Source of the DNA: Cyanophora paradoxa CCMP329
Lineage: Eukaryota > Plantae > Glaucophyta
DNA length: 64,000 nt
Assembly: GCA_004431415.1 (NCBI GenBank)
Contig: QPMI01000056.1
Location: 62,001 to 126,000 of the forward strand
Reading direction: 5' to 3'
In this document: positions 48,409-57,923 of the stretch, in pieces
Position numbering within the stretch: the first letter of the stretch is position 1
Layout: each line of letters starts with the position of its first letter
Program-made: the position numbers and the translations under genes
The notes under the pieces: model-generated
Databases searched by the model: none
The model's input: the letters and a program-made list of their open reading frames with translations, nothing else
Told to the model about the DNA's origin: nothing

Positions 48409-49284
48409 TCAGCAGTGCATTCTGCGGATGATGCTGGCCTCCACGCCGCATGCGCAGGCCCCCGCCCCGCCTCCTGATGCAGCTGGAGGTCAGCTCCATG
48501 AGGGCCAGCATCACCAGCGTGGAGATGAGGCGGCCGCGGAAGGCCCGCGATCAAGGAGGCTGTGTGTGGTGGGGGGGAGGGGGGATGAGAGAGGAGGGGG
48601 GGGGGGAGAGGGCGGGCGGAGGCGGGGCGCGCGGCGGGTCCGCTCGCGGGCGAGGTCAGCCGCTGAGCTGCAGGTCGGACGGCGCCTGCAAGTCGCGCAA
48701 CCACGACGTGACCACGCGCAAGATTCGATCCAATGCATGCAAAACCGCGCGTGAGGAGCGGGGTGTGGGGGGGGGGGGGGGGGGGGGTGAGGGGGCGGGG
48801 GCCGGGGGGCCGGGGGGGGGGGGGAGGGGGAGGGGGGCGCGGATCGCGGACGAGGCCCGGCGGCCCCTCTTAGGATGGGGGGCCGCCGCCCGGCCCGGAT
48901 CAGAGCTAGAGCCAGGGAGGCGGGAGGGAGGAAGGAAGAGGGGGAGGGGCCGGGGGGCGGGGCTGCAGCTGGCCGGGGGCTGGCCGGGGTTGGCCGGGGT
49001 TGGCCGGGGTTGGCCGGGGCTGGCCGGGGCGGGGCGCACCGCGGGGAGGATCGCACCATGGCCACCAGGAGACCGGGAGGGGGATATATATAGAGGCGGA
49101 AGGTCCTACGGCGCTCGTGTACGGGGGCGCCCTAGGGTGCACGTGGGTAGGGGCTGGGAAAGTCGAGGGCGGCCCGGCCGCCCCCGGCCCCGCACCCTCG
49201 GGGCGTGCCCACGCCTAGGCCCTCAGGGCCTCGCAATCGTCGCCGCGGCCGCACGGACGCGGGGCGGGGCGGGGCGATCCGGGA

Positions 49285-49580
49285 ATGCGCAGCTGGAGGA
49301 GCTGGCGCCGGACAGCCCCGGGAATCGAACCTGCACGCGTACGAGAGCTACGTCGTTGGCGGCGGCGCGTATCGCAAACGGGGCCGCGCGCGCGCAGCGG
49401 GCCGGCCTGGGCGTCAGAAGGATCGGACGTGGGGTATACGTATATACGTACCCAAGGGTGTCTCATCATCATTTCGAACTCGAGCTCGGGTTTGTAGCTC
49501 ACTTCCTGCAGGGAGCTCGATAGTTAGCTAATTATCCTTCTTCCGTGCGGGAGTCGTAAAGATTATTGTGTCGAAGACAA
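49285..49580 (+). pseudogene. Decayed duplicate of the bestrophin last exon and 3' UTR
   Basis: gcagctggaggag..ggcgccggacagccccgggaa..cctgcacg..agagctac.tcgt.ggcggcggcgc and cttcctgcagggagctcg...gtaaagattat..gtcgaag match 27180-27417. Confidence 0.88.
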
Positions 49581-50883
49581 TTGCTAACAAAGCAAACACG
49601 TGAACTAAAGCTAGAGCTGCCTAGTGAGCCGGAATAAAAACTGCAAGCACGCAACTGTGTACATTCAGGCTAATTAAAGGATTGATATCGATATTCGAAT
49701 CCAAGATAAGATAAGATATAGCGCACAGAACCAAAATAAACACTGATCATGATTTACCTATGAGCCTCAGAAGTGAAAAGCAAGTAACGCGGGTTCGGAC
49801 GGGTCCGTACACGCATCCGATGATCCGCAGCTAGAGCTATATAAAGCTACATCTCAGAGTCTAGACTATTAATTATAATGCGGGACCTATCGCTATAGCT
49901 AGATCACTGTCTGCGAAGACGCAGAGAAGCCAATGTCCGACGGTCCCAGGGCGCAATGAAGACGGAGAGAAGCCGAAAGAAGGAGAAAGCTGAAGGTCCA
50001 GAAAGGAGAGAAAGAAGAAGACAAGAGGTCCGTTCCATGGAAGGTGGAATACCAAACCGCCCGCGCGCCTTTGCCCCGTCCTTAAGAAGAGGAAAGCAAA
50101 GAATAAGACGAAGAAGAAGCACAGAAGCGATCGAAAGTCCCACGGTCCACTTCCTACGGAAGGGAAGAAAGGAAGAGGAGGAAAAGAAAGCAAATCGGTC
50201 TCCGACGCTCCCGCAAGAGCTTCGGAATTCGAAGCGGCGCGGCGCCAGGCACCGACTCGGCGAGCCGGGGCCGGGGCCCGGGCCAGACGGGCAAGGGAAG
50301 GAGGGCCGGGGCCGGGGCCGGGCGGGCGGGCAGCGAGCCGGGGCGGGGGCCGGGTCCGGGGCGGGGCGGGGCAAGGGATTAGAAGCTTAAGGAAGGCAGG
50401 AAGAAGAGGAAAAGAAAGCGAGCTGGCCTCCGACGCTCCGGGGCCAGGGGCCGAGGCCGGGGCCGGGGCCGGCGCCGGGACCCGGCGGGGCAAGGCAAGG
50501 GATGGATGGATGGAGGGAGGGCCGGGGCGGGTGACGGAGGCCTGGCCCTCCATCCGCAGGGGAGGGGGGGGGGGGGGATGGAGGCCTGCCTGGGGAGAGA
50601 AGGTGGCCGCCATCAGCCAAGGTGCACGTGGGGCCACAGCACGGGGGGGGGGGGGGGGGGGGGGGGAAGGGAGGGCGCACGCGGACGATGGGAATGAGGG
50701 GGGAGGATCACCGGATCCGGGGGGGGGGGGGGGGGGATGGAACAGGAGGCCCGGAGGTTGGAACAGGAGAGGAGATCTAGGGCTCCGAGCGGGCCCGCCG
50801 GGCCGGACCGGGCCGGCCGCGATCGGCCAATGCCCCAGCGCGCGCGCGCTGCCATGGCTCTGGGTCTGGCCTCGGGATGGGCG

Positions 50884-53774
50884 TCAGCCGCTGGTCGAGC
50901 TCCGGCGAGCAGCCGCGCCGGGCCGGGCCGGCGCTGCGGCTGGCGCCGGCATCGGAGCCTCCGGGGCCCGCGCCGACGACTTGCCCCCAGTTGCGATTGG
51001 AGCGCTAGCCCCGGATCCGGACCCGAGTCCGGATCCGGAGGAAGCGCTAGCGCCGGCGCCTCCGGATCCGGACCCAAACCCATGCACATGTGATCCTCCT
51101 GATCCGGATCCGGGCGTCGGTGTGGGCGCCGCCGCGGCCGCTGCCGAGCTCGAGACCCACCTGTGCGACGTTTTATTTCGAAGGCGAAAAAGGAAGCGGA
51201 GGCGACAGGCGTCTTCTCTAGGACCGCCGGCCAGGCCTAGGTGATCATAAAAAGGAAAGGCGACAACACTGACATGGTGGAGAGCATTTAAGAGGGTTTA
51301 AGAGAATTTGAAAGACATATCTAAAGGGGCCCTCCATCTAGATCTGGCCCGGGATCGATATCCTAAGCAGCTATATTGCTAGTCGTAGCGCGCCCGGTCC
51401 CCGGATCCGGGGGAAACGAAACCGGTACCCACCTGTGGAGGCGTGCCTCCGGGGGCGATGGGGGGACGATCACCGTACCCAGCTGGACGGAGGCCATCGC
51501 CGGCTGCAGGGGGGCGAACCCGGAGGAGGAGCCCTCGCCCCGCGCCGCCCGCCGCGAGCTCCGGCCCCGGTACCGCCGCCGGCAGTAGCACGAGACGGCG
51601 GCCACTGCGCGAGCAACAGCGTCAGTCGACGTCTCACGATCGATATCGATGTCAGAGCTCCGCCTAAAAGCTGTTTGATCTCATCACAAACAAATCTGTC
51701 GGCCACAAAGAAAGAGCTAAGGTGCTCGTGGTGGTACGGAAGCAGTTATCGTTTGCGGTCGCGTAACGGTTTGTAGCAAGATGCATGACGTTGGGCTATA
51801 TATAGCTATAGCTTTAGTTTGCGTTTCTTCTTAGTTTATAATTAGCTTAGTTTAGCTTTGATTCGTTTCTTTTTAGTTAGAGCTAGGCGCGCGAGCGCTA
51901 GCGCACCGACGAGGACGAGGAGCGCCGCGCCGAGGGCCATGCCGACTGCCGTCCAGAGGGCCGCCCGCGAGGTCGCCTCGCGATCGTACACTGTCTTCGG
52001 GTTCGAATTCGATCCCGAGCCGGAGCCGTTGACGCCGGCGCCGCGCCAGCCTTCCCAGCGGAGGCCGCGGCCGCCAGCGGCCAGTGAACGGGTATCCGGA
52101 GGCTCGCCCGGGCCCGGGCCCTGCAGCTGCGGCTGGGCCGCCCCCGGATCCGCCCCCGGATCCGGACCCGAATCCACCTCGGTCGACGTGCGCGTCTCGC
52201 TCGTGTCGCCGCCGCCGCCGCTGTTCTCGAGTCCAGACGCCCCGCCGGCAATCCCCCGATCCGGATCCGCCGCTGCCTCGAGCTCCTTATCATGAGCCAG
52301 AGGCGCCGTTGCCGCCCCGTGCTGGCCGGCGTCGTCGTCGTCGTCGTCGCCGTCGTCGCCGCCGCCGCCGCTGCCATTGTCGGATCCAGATGCCCCACCG
52401 ACGTCGACGCTGGCCGCCTCGCCCTCGATCTGCGCCGGCGCCTCCAGCGACCGGCGCCGCCTCGAGCTTGCGATCGTTGCCCGCCCGACGGGGGCCGCAT
52501 GCGCAGCGGCCGCTGCCGGGGCGACGTCAATACCGACGGCAGCGGACCGGACCGGAGGGCAAGCGGCGCCAGCTTACCGCGATCGCGACTGCGAGCGCCG
52601 AACCGATCCGAGGGAAACCGCACAGAGAGGTGCGAGCGCGCTGCCGGCACGTGCACCGGATCCGGAGGCGCATGCGCAGCGGGCGGCCCCGGACCCGAGG
52701 GCAAAGCCGCGTCGCGCTCCGGCCACGTCCACGTTGACGGCTGCACGTTGCTGGCCACGAGTCCGGCGACGCGATGCGCTTGCGCAGCTGCAGACGACGT
52801 CGACAACCGCATCGCCTCCTCCTCCGGCGTCGACTCTGCTGGCGCCGTTTCAGGTTCAGCTTCGTGCGCACCTGTCAACAGCATAAGCAGCTCGCACCTC
52901 GCGCTCGCTGCCGATACGCTCTGATCCACAGGTTAACGTTGCGCCCGAGCTGGTCGCGGCCGATCACGAGTCCGCCCATGCGCATGGAGAGCTGCAGCTG
53001 AAGCAGCAGCGCGAGGGTCACCAGTGCGCCCGTCGCCAGCGCTGCGAGCCGGATCCAGCTCGCGGCTGCTGGGCTGGATCCGGAGGCTGGAGCTACAGCT
53101 GGTTGAGCCCGCGGCCACGGCCCCCGTTTCCTTCGGTCCCGACGCATAAACTGGCATCGCCGGACGAACAACGGCACCTCCGGGTCCTCTTGGCTCCAAG
53201 CCCACGGCCAGTTGACGTTGCGCATGCAGCGGACGTTGCGCATGCCGGCGCCGGCTTCGACGTCGACATCGTCGACTACGGTGTAGGGCCGCACGTGCAC
53301 GTGCACGTGCACGGCGTCGCCGCATACAGCTGCGCATGTCGGACAACAACTGAACGTGCGCGTTCTCTCGCCCCTGCAGCTGTGCGAAAGTCTGCGCCGA
53401 AAGACAGGGTCATACGGGCGCATGTCACCATGAGAAAAGGTCTCATCGGTGCGCAAATGCCGCGCCCAGATATCGATTTAAAGGCAAACGCTGCTTCCGC
53501 GAGCGCACCTGGGGTCTCCGGCCGCGGATGCTCGACAGGCAATGGTGTCCTCGATCACTTCGCAGTCGACGTTGGCGTTAGCGAGCACGTCCCGCCATCC
53601 TCGGCCGCGGCCCTCGAGCTCGAGCTCGAACCCCCGACATCGATCCGCCTCGAGTTCGCCCCAGCCGCGGGCTTCGTCGCGGTCGCCGCGATCGATATCG
53701 GCGCCGGCCACGCGTGCGGCCGCGGCCGGATGCAGGGCGGTCCTCCGATCGGTTGCTAGCGGCAACGACTCCAT
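50884..53774 (-). pseudogene. Degenerate or fast-evolving low-complexity single-pass membrane protein gene
   Basis: Spliced TM AALWTAVGMALGAALLVLV|VAAVSCYC-RRRYR, then a Gly/Ser-rich tail ending at 50884. The upstream frame has a stop near 52574 and many palindromic insertions. 5' end uncertain. Confidence 0.4.
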
Positions 53775-56066
53775 TTGAGCGCCTGCGAACGCTGCAGCTG
53801 CGCGGAGTCAGTACCGTACGGTGCGCGGATCGATATCCGGATCCGGAGTCAGTTATCATCAAGCTCAAGCCGGTATGTTACTTGAAAGAGATCTAGACAG
53901 CGACACCGAAATGATGATGATGTGGAGAGCGCAATTGGCAACGCACGATGGCAACGTTAATCGCACTAGTCTCCCTGATCATGATAAACATATATCGATT
54001 TAAAAACGTCAACGTCGGGGCCGCGGGCGCGCCTCACGACCACGTGCACGTCGACGTCGACGTCTAGATTTCGAATTCGGGCTTAAGCTTCGCCGAGTCG
54101 CGCGCAATCGATTGCAGGACCGTGTGATATCGATACATGTACATATGCTTATGCAATTGTTTCGCACCTTGAACGGCATGCGTAGATCTTGAAATTGTAT
54201 TACTTATAAGGCCCACGCGCGTCGCGCAGGCGCCCGATTGGAAGAAAGACACCAGCTCTCGATCTGAAGTACCCTGCGCATGATCATGAGCAAACGAGTA
54301 ACTATAAGCTTTAGCGCCAAAGAGCATATTTATATCACACTGTGACAGTCCGACTCGCGACAATCGCGTATCACAGGTATTAAAGGAATGGATCTCCACA
54401 ATCAGTTAAACGTCAAAGCTCATGATTGCAAGAACACGCATAAATTAAAGTGTACGAACGTTAACATGGGGCATTCGCAAATCTAGATGCAGACCTAGCA
54501 TATAGACATAGACAGTGCGTCCCGGTTGAGCACATCACACTTAGACGAGTGCTGGCAGAAAGGGGATATCATGATCAAGATCGAGCTAAGAAGCCACAAT
54601 GTTTAGATTGAAGGCCGTGCGGATAAGTATCTGGCCAATTGCTGTACATGTACGACTGGCGCACCGCTGTCATTGCCGAGTCGCAATCGCAAATGCCCAC
54701 TGCTGTATGCAGCAGGCAGCAGGCCTAGGTTTGCCGGCCTGCGCAACAGCCTCCCCCCCAGATTCACGATCTACGCCAGTTCCTGCTGCGCGCGCAGAGG
54801 ATCGGGGCACGTTAGCGAAACTCGGAAAGCGTTAAACCTGCGAGTGATTTGTGGATGGGATCCATTTAACGAACCTTCCTCCGCAAGCATACTTTAATTT
54901 GATATGGAGAGCACGGTGCTGCGAAGAGCTCGAGGGCTGTTTAATTTGTGGTTGGAACTTGCAACTTGCAAGTCCCGGACTCCGGGATGAATTTCGAACC
55001 TGCCAGCGATCATACGCATCATGATCATGAGTGTTAGCGTGAACAGCCTGGCAGTGTGAATGTCGCGATCATCGGATAGCGTTCCATGCATATACATATG
55101 GCCAGCGGCAGCAGTGGCCACTGCGCACCTTCTGAAGGTTGCAAATGCTTGCGTAGGCACATATATAGGCCTGTCGCCACCTCCGCGGCCGAAAATGACT
55201 TATAGCGATGCCCCTGGCACAGCTGCAGGCTGCAGCTGCAGCTGCAGCTGGCAGCTCCTACTGATCATATGCATGACCCGCGGCGTGTACATGTCCTGCA
55301 GCTGGCAGCTCCTACTGATCGTGACCCGCGGCGCTGAAGCGTTGCATGCATATGAACCTTGACCGTCGGACGCTGCAGACGGCCGGCCTGCAGCTGGGGA
55401 CTCGGCTGAGTTTACGCATGCGCAGCTGCAGCTGCTGCGCTCATGATCACCGTACGCGTGGCACGGTCAGCGTGCGGCAGCGGACACCGCAGCTGTAACG
55501 TTAACACCGGCCGCGGCCATGCACATGGGAATTCGAAGCCGGCCGATCGCGAATGGAGCGCGCCGCGCGGCCCGCGCCCCGCCGGCGCCTTACGCGTGCA
55601 TGGGCGGCGTGGCAAGGCGGCACTGCGGCAGGCCGGGCGACTCTGACTGTGTCTGACTCAGTGATATCGATGGGGCGAACGGCCGCGAACCCCTCTGATC
55701 CCCTCATCATGCATATATGGCATGACTCGGCAGTGAGTCGGCACTGAGTCGGCACTGACTCGGCAGGCGATCGCGAGAGATTCGCGACTCGGCGGCCGCC
55801 GGGCGAGCTCGAGCTCGAGCTCGACTCGAGCCGCGCCGCCCGGCCACCGTCACGCATGGCACTGCGGCACCGTATACGTACGCGTGGACCGCGGCGTGGT
55901 CCGTCACTCACCGTCCGTGGGATCGACGTGGCCCGTGGCACGCGTGACGCGCGCTCGCGCTCGGCCCCGGCCCGGGCCGGCGCCGGCGGCCCGGCCCGCC
56001 AGCAGGCTGCCACTGGCCGGCGTGGTACTACCGTACTACTAGGTTGCCACTACCGGTACTAGACTA

Positions 56067-56318
56067 CCGTGTAATACTTATAATTAATTACCGCGCTGAC
56101 ATAACTACTGCGCTACCATGCATATTACTGCGCTCAAAAGTTTTAGAACGCAGTAATTTGGTAGCGCAGTATTACCCCCTTAAGCTTTGCTAACAAATAA
56201 TAGATTTTCGAGGCCGATGGAACGCAGTAATTTGGTAGCGCAGTAAAGCGCCTACCGGCGCAGATCTAGAAAATTTGGAACGCAGTATTTTGTGGCGCAG
56301 TAAATAAGTGTTACACGG
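56067..56318. mobile_element. MITE (Tc1/mariner-pogo type), 252 bp, TA target duplication
   Basis: TA|ccgtgtaatacttat ... ataagtgttacacgg|TA; subterminal motifs ttactgcgc / gcgcagtaa in inverted orientation. Confidence 0.85.
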
Positions 56319-57574
56319 TAGTACTGGACTCACTGGAGACTAGAGCTTTCCGAGTCCGGACCGTCGGACTCCGGTCCCCGGATCCGACTCACCATCCGAG
56401 GACCGAATTGCGCGACTCGGAGTATGCATGCGCATGGCATTATATTGTATGCATATGGAGTAGTAGCGGGCCTACGTATACCGCCGCCAGGCTACCGGCG
56501 CGGTTTTATATATATACCAGTACCGTACGCGTAGTACATGCATGATGGATAATGCGTAATGGATTCGACCGGGACGTCCGACGTCGACGGTCATATTTCG
56601 CATCATCATGGCATAGCTAGAGATCGAAGCCTTGAAGGGTCGGTTTTTATTATTATAACGACATATAATTGACCGTCATATTGTTGTGTTTTACGGTATA
56701 CGTATGCATCATGCATGATGCCGCAGCTGCAGCTGCATGCAGACATACTAGTACGCAATATCGTGAGTCCGACGTATATATATATACGTACGCGCCGCGC
56801 GAACTTCCGAAGTTCCGATCGCGAAGTTCGAATTCGAATTCGGAACTCGGAGCTTCCGAAGTTCGGAAGTTCAAAGTTGGGCATTCAACGCGTACTGCGG
56901 CAAGTTACCCGCCGGGCCGGTGACCCGTGACGGCGTGTCCACATTAATATATTGTAATTTGTAAGCAAACTAGTACTTGTGATTCAAGAAGTAAATCAAT
57001 GAATTGTGAATTGTGCCACGGTCACCGTGGCACGGTGCACGCGTGATGCGTCACGCACTATTTACCGCCGAATTACGTATCATAGATTCATAGTATACCG
57101 GTACGGTGATACCGTAGATCTACGACGTCCGTACGGTCGACGGGGGGGACGCGACAGATTCTAAAAGAAATAAATTACATATATGTGTAAATATGCATCA
57201 CATATTTGCTCAAATATATACACGGCCGCGGACTCTCAGGAGTCAGTCCTGACTCACGGTAGTCAGGACTCAGGAGTCAGGATCCGGAGTCAGGACTCAG
57301 GAGTCATGACTCATGATCATGATCAGCCTCAGATCAGGCCCTGGGGCCCCTGACTGAGGCTGACTCACGGTGAGGCCCGTGAGGGGCGCGGTCCGGCTGC
57401 CTGGCAGTGCCTGGCAGTGGCTGGCAGCCTGGCACTGCCTGCTGCCTTTCTGCCTATTTCACTGAGTCAAGTCTGCCTCTCAGAGTCTAGCCTACCGGTA
57501 GTGGATCTGCGGCGAGGCTCTGCCCCGGCCCCCGGATGCAGCCTTCCGAAGTTCGCATGCAGTGCTTCGAAATA

Positions 57575-57835
57575 CCGTGTAACAGGAAAATACTGGACGC
57601 TGAAAATTAGTGGAGCCGGAAATTAGTGGACCAAAATCTTGACTCAGTCCACTAATTTCCGGCTCCAGTATTTCTTTGCTGCTAAGCTGCCCCGTACAGT
57701 ACCCCCCAAAACTACCGCCCCATACAAGCCTGAACAGGTTTTGGTCCACTAATTTCGGGCTCCAGTATTTCGCCTATGGGACGGCCAAGTTTTACGATCC
57801 ACTAATTTCCGATCTGGTATTTTCCTGTTACAAGG
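57575..57835. mobile_element. MITE (Tc1/mariner-pogo type), 261 bp, TA target duplication
   Basis: TA|ccgtgtaacaggaaaatac ... gtattttcctgttacaagg|TA; subterminal motifs gaaattagtgga / tccactaatttc. Confidence 0.88.
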
Positions 57836-57923
57836 TAATAGACTATTAATAGTAAAATAGACAGCTGCGAGCTAATCGAGATTCTAACTTGAAAGCTTGC
57901 AAGCACTAAGTACTACGGTAGTA

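Noticed and set aside
48410-48750. Coding exons inside the 1.6-kb insert
   Set aside because: Composition is exon-like, but I could not recognise a family or build a consistent spliced frame
43300-57900. Autonomous transposase or reverse transcriptase
   Set aside because: No DDE, RT, tyrosine recombinase or Rep/helicase motifs were recognisable in any frame
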